In this document: positions 29,036 through 38,276 of the stretch, piece by piece
How the letters are laid out: each line of letters begins with the position of its first letter
Position numbering within the stretch: position 1 is the first letter of the stretch
NCBI GenBank assembly: GCA_963767925.1
Contig: CAVYGB010000010.1
Coordinates: 1,088,001-1,152,000 of the forward strand
Reading direction: 5' to 3'
Length of the DNA stretch: 64,000 nucleotides
Source of the DNA: an uncultured delta proteobacterium
Lineage (GTDB): Bacteria; Myxococcota_A; Polyangia; Fen-1088
The notes under the pieces: model-generated
Seen by the model: only the letters and a program-made list of their open reading frames with translations
What the model was told of the DNA's origin: nothing
Databases searched by the model: none
Translations under genes and position numbers: made by a program

Positions 29036-30589
29036 ATGAGCGCTGACGAAGACCGGCTCGCCCAGCGCCGGGCGGAAGTACTTCGGCTAGCGTACGCCGA
29101 AGGGCTCGGGATCCGCTCAATCGGACGCCGACTGAAGATGGCGCGTCGGACGGTCCGCAAGTTTCTCGACGGGGACCGAGCGCGAAAGCGGGACCAGCCC
29201 GCCGTTGCGCGCGCAAAGCTGCTGCAGCCCTTCGAAGGCGCCATCCGCCAGATCCTGGGCGAGACGCCCGAGATGCGTGCGCCGGCGATGCTCGAGCGGT
29301 TGCGCACGCTCGGCTACCGCGGCGGGATCACGATCTTGCGCGACCGGCTACGCGGCCTGCGGCCGCACGCCGAGCGCGAGCCATTTCTGACCCTCGACTT
29401 TCCCGTCGGCGCGGCGGCGCAGGTTGACTGGGCCGACTTCGGCTTCGCGCTGCCCGGGTGCCCCCGTCGCGTGAGCGCCTTCGTGATGGTGCTGTGCTAC
29501 TCGCGGTACCTGTACCTGGAGTTCACCCTGAGCCAGGCCATGGGCTCGTTCCTCCGATGCATGGAGCGCGCCCTTCGCTTCTTCCAGGGCGCCACCAAGG
29601 TCGACATCTTCGACAACATGAAGACCGTCGTGAAGCTGCACACGCCGGCGGCCACCGTCTTCAACTCGCGTTTTCTCGCATACGCGGGTACTCGCCAGTT
29701 CGGCGCCGTCGCGTGCAACGTGGCCCGCGGTAACGAGAAAGGGATCGTCGAGCGGCCCGTCGGCTTTGTCCGCGAGCGCTTCTGGCCAGGCTGTCGCCCC
29801 GCAGATCTCCTGGATCTCAACACCAAGGCCGTCGCCTGGCGCGATACCTTCGCCAACAACCGCGTCCACGACGTCACGGGCAAGGTCCCCTCCCTGGTCT
29901 TCGAGCATGAAGAAAGGCGCGTGCTGCATCGGATTCCGGACGTGCCGTTCAACACCGACGACATCGACACCGCCACCGTCAGCAAGACCTTTCGCGTCCG
30001 CTTCGATCGGAATCTGTACTCCGTGCCGCCGCACCTGGTTGACCAAACCGTGCTCATCCGCGCCAACGACCACAACGTCTCCGTGTTCCTGGGCCCCAAG
30101 CACCTCACCACCCACGCGCGCTGCTGGGACACCAACAAGGACATCGAGGATCCCGCGCATCGCGAGGTTGCCTTGGCCAGAAAGCCCCGCGCCAAGGGCA
30201 ACCAGTTGCCGCCGGGCCTCGTGGGCCTGGGCGCGACCGGCGTTCAGTACTTCAAGATCCTGGCCGCCGGCACTCGCTCGGTCAGGCGTGAGATGGTGCG
30301 CCTGACCTTCCTCGTCGAGCTGTTCGGCGAGTCGGCCACCGCCTCGGCCGTGGACGAGGTCATGAAGACCGGCCACGTCGGCGCCGAATACGTCGAGTAC
30401 GTCCTGCGCCACAAGAAGGGTCTCACCCCTGCCGCCGACCCGCTTTACCTGGGCGACCCCAAGCTCGACGGCATCGTCCTGCGCGAGCCCGACCTCAGCT
30501 TGTACGACCAGCTCGTTGCCCCAGCTATGACACGTGACCCGGGCGATCCACCCGCCCAGCCGCCGACTGACACGGGGGACCCTTCATGA
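29036..30589 (+). CDS. istA: IS21-family transposase
   Basis: N-terminal HTH; 'AQVDWADFG', 'FDNMKT', 'EKGIVERPVGFVRERF'. Confidence 0.95.
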   Translation: MSADEDRLAQRRAEVLRLAYAEGLGIRSIGRRLKMARRTVRKFLDGDRARKRDQPAVARAKLLQPFEGAIRQILGETPEMRAPAMLERLRTLGYRGGITILRDRLRGLRPHAEREPFLTLDFPVGAAAQVDWADFGFALPGCPRRVSAFVMVLCYSRYLYLEFTLSQAMGSFLRCMERALRFFQGATKVDIFDNMKTVVKLHTPAATVFNSRFLAYAGTRQFGAVACNVARGNEKGIVERPVGFVRERFWPGCRPADLLDLNTKAVAWRDTFANNRVHDVTGKVPSLVFEHEERRVLHRIPDVPFNTDDIDTATVSKTFRVRFDRNLYSVPPHLVDQTVLIRANDHNVSVFLGPKHLTTHARCWDTNKDIEDPAHREVALARKPRAKGNQLPPGLVGLGATGVQYFKILAAGTRSVRREMVRLTFLVELFGESATASAVDEVMKTGHVGAEYVEYVLRHKKGLTPAADPLYLGDPKLDGIVLREPDLSLYDQLVAPAMTRDPGDPPAQPPTDTGDPS

Positions 30590-31341
30590 AGAGCAACGAC
30601 GATGCCCGCCTCGAGGTTCTGGTCGAGAAGCTTCGCTGGCTGCGCTTGCCCGGCATGGCCTCCGCCATCCCGGCGCTGCTCGAACGCGCTGCCGTCGACA
30701 ACCTGACCGTTGGCGCTGTCATCAGCCGACTGTGCGACGAGGAAAAGCACAGCCGCATCCGTAGCTCCGTCGACCGCCGCATCAAGGACGCCCGATTCCC
30801 GGAGATCAACACCGTGGACGCCTTCGACTTCGACTTCGACCCCGCCCGCAAGAAGCTTCGGACCAGGTACCTGGCCCTGCACGACCTCAGCTTCCTCACC
30901 AAGGGCACCAACCCTCTGTTCATCGGCGTCCCGGGCACGGGCAAGACCTTCCTGGCTCGCGCTCTCGCGTACCGCGCGTGCCAGGCGCAAAAGCGCGTCG
31001 TCTTCACCTCCGCCCCACGCATGCTCACTGACCTGCACGGCGCTGACGTCCACGGCTCACTCGAACGCGCCCTTCGGCGCTACGTCCGGGCCGACCTCCT
31101 GGCCATCGATGATTTCGCTGTCCTCGCGATGGATCCAGCGCAGGCCAGGCTTGCCTTCCAGGTCATCGCAGAACGCTACGAATACAGGCGATCAACTCTC
31201 ATTACCACCAACCGGCCTTTCAAGGAGTGGACCAGGGTCTTCCCAGACCCACTCAACGCTCAGGTGATGGCCGAGCGTCTCACCGAGCGATCGGAGACCT
31301 TCGTCCTCGACGGAAAGGGCTTTCGGCAGAACAAGACCTGA
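30586..31341 (+). CDS. istB: IS21-family AAA+ helper ATPase
   Basis: Walker A 'GVPGTGKT', 'LLAIDDF', 'TLITTNRPFKEW'; ATGA overlap with istA. Confidence 0.95.
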   Translation: MKSNDDARLEVLVEKLRWLRLPGMASAIPALLERAAVDNLTVGAVISRLCDEEKHSRIRSSVDRRIKDARFPEINTVDAFDFDFDPARKKLRTRYLALHDLSFLTKGTNPLFIGVPGTGKTFLARALAYRACQAQKRVVFTSAPRMLTDLHGADVHGSLERALRRYVRADLLAIDDFAVLAMDPAQARLAFQVIAERYEYRRSTLITTNRPFKEWTRVFPDPLNAQVMAERLTERSETFVLDGKGFRQNKT

Positions 31342-32529
31342 CCGCTTCCGCCTGTTCGGGCAGGAACCCCAGCCCCGCGCGCCGCCATCGTGACGGCAAG
31401 CCCCCCGCGCTTCAAGCTCGCGGCCGGGTCGGGCGGAGAACCGTCTCCGCGCCACCGGGTGGGCTCATGGTCACCGGTGATTCCGCTGGAAGTGGTACCC
31501 GCCGAGTCCGGCGGCGACACCCGATCAGATCGAGCACGGCGATCCGACGTCAAGGAAGGTTACGATCGGTGTGTCTCAACCCGTGTCCGGCGCCGTGGAT
31601 GAAGCCGCGAGCGGTTACCGACTCCGTGCAAGCTGCAGTGATCATGGCTGGGGACGCTATCCCGACGACGCCAAGCAGCCAACCTCAGCGGCTCGAATGG
31701 TCCGGATGCTCTTGGGGGCAGACCAGCTTGGTGCGCGACCCATTTTCGTTCAGGCGTAAGGAGGAGACCAGGGGACGCCCTCGCCTTCGACACCGGAGGA
31801 CCTTCGCCCGAGCGTTCACGACGCGATGCGCCCTGGCGCCTTATCGCACAGCCATCAGCCACTGCGGAAACCATCCCCTTCGACTCGCGCCCAGCCGCTC
31901 GGAACCGAGGCGTTCCGCCGTGCCCCCCGTCAGAGCCTGAAAGGTCTCCGCACCTTTCACTGACGGGGAAGGTGCCAAGCCCGGCATCCCCTGGTGCGCT
32001 CCCCTGCGCCGCGGACCCGGCTGCGCGACGGCGATCCCCTGATCTACCAGGCGGTGCTGTCCGGGGAGAGCGCAGCGGTCAAGGTCCGGCGGTCGTGCCC
32101 CGGCTCTGGGTACTCCTCGCGTTCGAGGTAGTCCGCGCGCACAGCTGCGGCTACGTGGCGCCGCCCGCGAACTAGAAATTCGTGCTGTCGAGCGAGTCAG
32201 TTTGCGGCCCCGTCCGTGCGGGCTGGAGGATCTGCGCCTCGCAAATCTAACCGCCGGAGTGCGACCCACCTATCTCGCTAGGAGCGACGTAACCGTCGAG
32301 GTGGCCACGACGTGCTCTTCCACGGGGGGATGGCCGCCGGTGCGGTATCGCCGGTCCGGCGTCTGGGCAGAGGAACTCGAGCGACGTTGTCCTGCGAGAC
32401 TCAAGGGTCTGCCCCAGGATTCCCCAACTTGCCGGGAGTCAGCACCTATACCATCAGGCCCTTCGCACAGTCGCGAGCCGGCCCCGCAACGTCCTATCCT
32501 CCCAACAGAAGAAGGCCCTGAATTCCTCC

Positions 32530-32551
32530 GCTCTAAACAAGCTCTAAACAA
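32530..32551 (+). repeat. 11-bp tandem direct repeat GCTCTAAACAA x2
   Basis: Exact duplication in the AT-rich region upstream of the S8 peptidase. Confidence 0.7.
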
Positions 32552-32674
32552 GGACATTAGTCGCCTACACGGAACGGTGCAGTTGGTAATCCGCCGTAAT
32601 GTAATTCTCATTCAAGGCGGCTGGCCATCCGATAGGATCGTCCCTCTCCAGCTCTGCGTTCGCTCTTTCAACGC

Positions 32675-34666
32675 TTGAAGAGGACTCTCATGCTAACTGG
32701 TTACAAGAATCTTGCCGCAATTGTCGGCGCGTCTCTGGCACTGGGCGCTTCCGCCTTTGTTGTTGGAACACTCGCGGCCCCGGCCCGCGCAGACGAAGAC
32801 CCCACCGCGGCTGCAGCTCGACTGATTCTTTCCAAGCGGCTTGGAAGGCCGGCAGACAGCATTCCTCTGAGTGAGGGGGCGCCTGTGACGCTTGCGATCA
32901 CCGGGAAGATCTTCACGAGGTTCAAGGTTTTGGACGACACCGTCATCGGAGTAGATGTGTCCGCTGACGGTAGCGAGGTCGCCGGAGAGAATCTCATTCA
33001 GCTCGAGTATGGAGCGGATCGAGCGGTGAACGGCAAGCTGTCGCCCTCGCTGAATCAGTATATTCAGACCCCCGATACTCCGGACAAAGAAGTTCTCATC
33101 TGGCTGGCGGTGGACCCTAGCGATGTCGCAACCGTAACGAGACCCTCAATTGTCGACGGCGCGTCCAACAATACACCGCTGTCGCCGGAGCAAGTTGACG
33201 GCATTCATCTAGCGGCTCGTGAGGCTCGTGTCGCCACCACCCAAAAGGTGCGGGGCCGTGCCGAGGTTTCATTGACTGCGCTCGATCCAAACGTAGTCAT
33301 CGATCGAGTGGAACCAGTCGCGTATGCGCGACTGACACCAGATGCCCTGCGAATCGCAAACACTTTGGCGGAAGTCCGTAGCATCTCGGAGGCCATCGTT
33401 CCCAAGGAGGCCCTAGGAGTGGCCCGGGACACGCTGGACATCGTCCCTGAGATACACAGTGGCCTAGGACTGGACGGTACTAACGTCAAAATCGCCCAGA
33501 TTGAGGTCAACGGCCAAGTTTCGCTCCTCAATCCCTACCTTGACAACTGGCTCCAAGGGACCAGTGGCTCGTGCGCAGGAGGGGGGCACGCAACTTGGAT
33601 AGCCGGTGTTCTCATTTCCCACGACGGCACCAAGACGGGAGCCGCCCCTGGCGCCAGGCTCTGGGCGGGCGGTGGCTGCAACAGCACCCCCGCTGTGCTT
33701 CAAGCTCAAACCTCAGCCGCTCGAGACTGGGGCGCAAAGTCCTTCAACCTGAGCTACTCAGGTGCCATCGACGGTATTCTCGCCGGCCATGACAAATTCG
33801 TCGACAGTCTCGGCATCAATCACTATCGCACCGTCGTTGCCGCGGCCGGCAACGAGGCAGGCGTAGGACCGGGCGGGATACCGTGCAGCGGATCGTCGGC
33901 ACGAGTCACAAGTCCCGCGATCGCCTACAATGTCATCGCCGTGGGTGGGATTCAAGATAACAACACGTGGCAATGGGACGACACTATGTACCTTTGCTCG
34001 TCGTACGTAGATCCGATCTCAACCGCGAACGACCGAGAAAAGCCGGAGGTCGCGGCTTCCGCCGTGAATGTCGAAACCACTGACACAAACACATCCACCT
34101 ACTTCACGACGATCTCAGGGACTAGCTTGGCGTCGCCTCTCGTCGCTGGCACAGCGGCCCTTTTGATGCAGCTGAATTCCTCGATGCAAGTGTGGCCAGA
34201 GGTGGTGAAGGCTGCCATCATGGCTAGCGCCCGGGACAACGCAGAGGGAGCCACTCGCTTGAGCGAGAAGGACGGAGCCGGGGGAATATGGTCACTCGGC
34301 GCCATGAAAATCCTAAACGGCACCGAAGGGAACTGGGCGGCCCACAGCATCTCCTGTACCACGACGTTTCCCATGAATCTCCCAATCTTCCTCACTGCAA
34401 ATAGAGTGACGCGAATCGTGATAACCTGGGACTCAGACCCTGACTACGTGGATTATATTTCTCGGCCGGGCGCTGACCTAGACATAGAATTATGGGGTCC
34501 CTCAGGAAACTGGATTGTATCCTCGAGTTCGCACGACAATACTTACGAGATAATCGAAGTAACACCGTCGGCCACGGGCACCCACACAGTACGCGTTACT
34601 AAACCTCGTTGTAATCAGCGGCCCGAAGGCTTGGGTTTCGCCTGGTATCAATATCCGTACCCGTAG
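32675..34666 (+). CDS. Secreted S8 (subtilisin-like) serine peptidase with C-terminal PPC-like domain (start may be ATG 32690)
   Basis: Signal peptide; 'HATWIAG', 'VAAAGNE', 'SGTSLASPLVAG', 'ADLDIELWGPSG'; lower GC3. Confidence 0.9.
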   Translation: MKRTLMLTGYKNLAAIVGASLALGASAFVVGTLAAPARADEDPTAAAARLILSKRLGRPADSIPLSEGAPVTLAITGKIFTRFKVLDDTVIGVDVSADGSEVAGENLIQLEYGADRAVNGKLSPSLNQYIQTPDTPDKEVLIWLAVDPSDVATVTRPSIVDGASNNTPLSPEQVDGIHLAAREARVATTQKVRGRAEVSLTALDPNVVIDRVEPVAYARLTPDALRIANTLAEVRSISEAIVPKEALGVARDTLDIVPEIHSGLGLDGTNVKIAQIEVNGQVSLLNPYLDNWLQGTSGSCAGGGHATWIAGVLISHDGTKTGAAPGARLWAGGGCNSTPAVLQAQTSAARDWGAKSFNLSYSGAIDGILAGHDKFVDSLGINHYRTVVAAAGNEAGVGPGGIPCSGSSARVTSPAIAYNVIAVGGIQDNNTWQWDDTMYLCSSYVDPISTANDREKPEVAASAVNVETTDTNTSTYFTTISGTSLASPLVAGTAALLMQLNSSMQVWPEVVKAAIMASARDNAEGATRLSEKDGAGGIWSLGAMKILNGTEGNWAAHSISCTTTFPMNLPIFLTANRVTRIVITWDSDPDYVDYISRPGADLDIELWGPSGNWIVSSSSHDNTYEIIEVTPSATGTHTVRVTKPRCNQRPEGLGFAWYQYPYP

Positions 34667-34738
34667 CGATTACACAGCCTAGAGATTCGGCTGCGCGCCC
34701 GACGCTGGCCCGGTCGCAGTCCACTCCCTTGGTGTCGC

Positions 34739-35434
34739 ATGCCCTTGCGAACGATTGTTGTACTCGTGATTTTGGCTTCCTCAGCCGTCTCGTGCGGTTC
34801 GGAAGGACCTTGCCACGAAGCCTTGGCAACGAGACGCAAGGGGACGCCTCCGCCCCCGTGCCCCTATCCAGGCTGCGAGCAAATCGTCACCGAGCCCCAA
34901 CGCGTCGTCCAATTCATATTCGTCCTCAACAAGGCGACGCAAAATTCGATGGGGTACTTCGATCCGTATCCCCTAGAGAAGAAGGTCCAAAACTGGACCT
35001 GTGTGAGCGACTTCTTGCGGCCAGCGGGCGCTTCAATTTTGCCACGGGACGAGCTGAACGATGTTCACGCCATTGGGTCATATGCTCAGGTAAAGGCTGC
35101 CTACAACTTGGCGTCAGTGACTGGCGTTGAGGTCAACTGCAACTTTGGCACCCTGTGCTCCGAATGCTCTGCCAGGACCGAGGCTGACTGCAACGCGGAT
35201 GGCTTCTGCCGGGAGTTGAGACTTCGACGAGTGGACCTGATGCGTGGGTGCATCGCCGCACCAACGCACGTCATGTGCATACCCCGAGATCGGCCGTGTA
35301 TGCTGGAGGAGACCTACTCGCGCGATCCCGGGGGAAACTGCTGGGCGGCTAGCAACAATTGCATTCCCGGCGAATGGGAATACGACCCATCCTGTCGACC
35401 GGGGACGCAAAGCCCTTCCGCATGTGTACCTTGA
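34739..35434 (+). CDS. Cys-rich lipoprotein
   Basis: Lipobox 'AVSC', many Cys, same low-GC composition as the upstream peptidase. Confidence 0.72.
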   Translation: MPLRTIVVLVILASSAVSCGSEGPCHEALATRRKGTPPPPCPYPGCEQIVTEPQRVVQFIFVLNKATQNSMGYFDPYPLEKKVQNWTCVSDFLRPAGASILPRDELNDVHAIGSYAQVKAAYNLASVTGVEVNCNFGTLCSECSARTEADCNADGFCRELRLRRVDLMRGCIAAPTHVMCIPRDRPCMLEETYSRDPGGNCWAASNNCIPGEWEYDPSCRPGTQSPSACVP

Positions 35435-35935
35435 ACGGCGCGGAAAATGCGCCCGTGCTCTTCGGGTTTCGATCGCCCTTGCCGATCTCGTCGGCGCAGC
35501 AACCCAGGGGCCTCCACAGTCCGTGGGGTCGTACGCACATTCTGTCCCTGATTCGTTTGCTTGAGGACTGAGCGGGGGGCGGGGCGGGGGGGGGCCTGCC
35601 GGTTCATCGACGGGAGGTGGAGCGGTGCTTGCGCGGGGGGGTGGGGCGGGTACGGGTCGGGGATGGGAAGAAGCAGCCGGGTCGAGGCCGCCCGCATCAC
35701 GCACGACGATCCCCGGTTCCCAGACCTGGTGCGGCGGGGGTTCAACAAGCGGTTCGTGCCTCGGCCGGATCACGTGCGGGTAGTGACCGAGCCGGGGCAG
35801 GTGGTGGACGTCGTGCAGGATACCGTGCGGGAGGGGTGGCGGGTGGTGGCTCGTAGTGGGGAGCACTGTCTGGAGGGGTTCGTGGGGAGCCGAGCATCAA
35901 CGTGGTGGCCGACCTGTCCCTGTGACGGGTGTTTC

Positions 35936-37808
35936 CTAGAACGCCGAACGGTTTGAAAGTGCAGTAATCAAGCGGCCTTCTGGAGCGGGACGCAGGCGTC
36001 GAGGCTGCGATCGATCACCTCGAGGTTCTGGACGGCGGCTCCGCGCCTGAGGTCGAAGAGGTTCTTGCGGGTTCCGCAGTATCGGGCGCGATTGCCCTGC
36101 CTACGCCCGAGGTGGGCGAGGCGATGCTCGACGGCGACTCGTTCCCGAAGGCGCTCGCGTCCCTGTGACGTGGAGACCAGCTTGCGCAGCCTATGCTGTA
36201 GGCGTTCGTTGTCGGCGATGCTCACGGTTCGGCCGCTGCCGGGGCCAGCGGTGGTGCACTTGGTGCGCTGGGGGCAGCGGACGCAGGCCTCCGGGTTGAA
36301 TTCGACGTCAGCGCCCAGGTCGATGGGTTCGACCTCACCAGCCGGACAGGTGATGGTCATCGCGCGCAGGTTGATCTTGAAGTCGGCCTTGGTGAACAGA
36401 GAGCCGTTGCGCGGGACCCAGGGTTTACAGATGACCTGGCCGCCGTAGGCCAGGATCTCGGCGACCACCGAGCTGGCGATGTAGCCGCGGTCGATGTACA
36501 GCTCCCAGATGTCGCGGCCCTGGCGTTGGATGTCCGCCTTGAGTACAGGGGCGGCCTCTTCCTCGGGCCGGTTGGCCGGCGTCATGGCGCAGGCGATGAT
36601 CCGATCGGTGTCCAGGTCGGTGGCAATCTGCCGCTTGTAGCCGTTGAACAGCTTGGTCCTGCTCTTGCGACCATGTCGCATGTCCGGATCTTGGATCGAC
36701 ACCCGTCGTTCTGGAGCGACACCCCTGCGAATGCGTGTCCCGCCACCACCGCCTTCCGGGTCAGGTTCTAGGTCTTGGGTCCGAATCTGGATGAGCGTAT
36801 CGACGTGCTCCTTGAGGGGAGGCTTGGTCACGGCTTCAGGCAGCCGCTTTCGAAGCCAAGCGTCGAGGGAGTCGAGTTGCTCGACGAGGGTATTGAGGGC
36901 CCCGGCCTTCGCCTCGGGGTTGCTCCATTCGATATCGAGCCCTCGCTTGACGCTACTGCTGAGCAGGAGGGGCATGCCCACCTCGCGCGCCACCCGTTCG
37001 GCGGACCAACCCAGAAGCTCGGCGGCACACTCGACCACCTTGCGGGCGGCGTGTGCCAGCAGGTTGATGGTGTCCTCGACGCGCCCGGCACCGACGAGGG
37101 GACTGGAGTCGACGGCAACCCGCAGCGTCTTGGGCAGCTTCTTCCAGTCGAATGCGTTCGTGCGGCGGGCCAGTTCCACGGTCCGCTCGAGCAGTCGAAG
37201 GTCGAGGTCGGCTCGAATCAACCGCGCGCGGAAGTCGACCAGGGTACCCTGGGCGAAGGCGGGCTCTTCTTCTCCGAGCCGGTCGAGCACCATCTGCCAC
37301 CGTAGATCCATCACGGTCAGATCGACGGCCTCGGCGTCGGAGATCCCCTGGTAGCTCTGCAAGATGATCACCATCGCCAGCAGAGCGGGTGGTGTCGGGT
37401 CCTTGCCCGCGCCGGTACTTCGGTACATGGATTCGAGCTCGGCCTGGAAGGCTTCGTCGAACAGCTCGTGGCGATGGTCGCGAAGGAAGGCGAACAGCTT
37501 CCGCGTCTTGCGCAGGCGCTTGAGCAGGCGTTCTTCTTGCTTGGTCTGGTCGAGCCGAGGCTTCCAACGATCAAGTGGCATGAGGATCCTCCCGCCGGCG
37601 AGGCTCAAGCCCGCCGTCGGTGCCCATGAAGGCCACGACTGTATCGATCCCGCCAATTTCCCCCCTCTTCCAGACCGGGCCGGCGCAGTCGCCGCCGGGT
37701 GCGGGCCCCGCGGGTTCGTCCCCGTCGCGCCCCCGCCGAAAAGGGGACGCCACGCCGCTCACGCAAATCCGCGATTTTCCGGGGGTGTCAAACCGTTCGG
37801 CGTTCTAG
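35936..37808 (-). mobile_element. IS1182/IS5-like insertion sequence
   Basis: Perfect IR AACGCCGAACGGTTTGA (35940-35956 and 37788-37804) flanked by CTAG on both sides, consistent with a CTAG target duplication. Confidence 0.9.
35968..37581 (-). CDS. IS1182-family DDE transposase
   Basis: 'ILQSYQGISDAEAV', 'AVDSSP', 'DPDMRHGRKS', 'IDRGY', 'RERVAVEHRLAHL'. Confidence 0.88.
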   Translation of the reverse strand: MPLDRWKPRLDQTKQEERLLKRLRKTRKLFAFLRDHRHELFDEAFQAELESMYRSTGAGKDPTPPALLAMVIILQSYQGISDAEAVDLTVMDLRWQMVLDRLGEEEPAFAQGTLVDFRARLIRADLDLRLLERTVELARRTNAFDWKKLPKTLRVAVDSSPLVGAGRVEDTINLLAHAARKVVECAAELLGWSAERVAREVGMPLLLSSSVKRGLDIEWSNPEAKAGALNTLVEQLDSLDAWLRKRLPEAVTKPPLKEHVDTLIQIRTQDLEPDPEGGGGGTRIRRGVAPERRVSIQDPDMRHGRKSRTKLFNGYKRQIATDLDTDRIIACAMTPANRPEEEAAPVLKADIQRQGRDIWELYIDRGYIASSVVAEILAYGGQVICKPWVPRNGSLFTKADFKINLRAMTITCPAGEVEPIDLGADVEFNPEACVRCPQRTKCTTAGPGSGRTVSIADNERLQHRLRKLVSTSQGRERLRERVAVEHRLAHLGRRQGNRARYCGTRKNLFDLRRGAAVQNLEVIDRSLDACVPLQKAA

Positions 37809-38276
37809 GATGCCAACCGGGGCGCCTTCGAGATCGCTGCCGGGATCACGCTGGGCGAGGCACCCGGTCGAGCGAGCGGGGCAGGGCAGCCGCCGGGGCC
37901 CCACCGCCGGCGCCCGGGGTACGAAAGCAGTAGCGGGTGACGATGCCGAAGTTCCCCGCGCCGCCGCCGGTGTGGGCCAAGAACGGATCGGCGTTGGGAT
38001 CGCCGGGCTCCCGGCTGGCCACCACCGCCCGGGCCGTGCCGCCGTCGTCAACAACCACCACCTCGAGGGCGTGCAGGTGATCCACCGCGAGCCCATGCAG
38101 CCGGCAGAGGAACCCGAAGGGCCCCGCCCGGGATGTGCCGCCGATGCCCACGTCCGGGCTCTGCCCCGCCGGCAGCGCCACCCCCCACCCGAACTGCAGG
38201 CGCCGATACCGCCCCCCGGCCAGGATCTGCGCACCAAGGTGAAAGACGCCTGCTTGCGGCGCGGGCTCGGCGAGGA

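Larger units (their letters stand above)
27933..31519 (+). mobile_element. IS21-family element (3587 bp) with two passenger ORFs
   Basis: TG...CA ends; 46-bp imperfect terminal IRs (34/46 identical, 27933-27978 vs 31474-31519); 6-bp target duplication CCCGAT (27927-27932, 31520-31525); istA and istB inside. Confidence 0.93.

Noticed and set aside
31540..32670. ORFs or a structured RNA between IS21 and the protease
   Set aside because: No ORF with recognisable motifs or coding bias, and no RNA family recognisable by eye.
32675..34666. S8 protease as part of an AAA-ATPase/protease (IetAS-type) defence pair with the nearby ATPase
   Set aside because: The ATPase is IstB inside the IS, and the protease has a signal peptide and prodomain.
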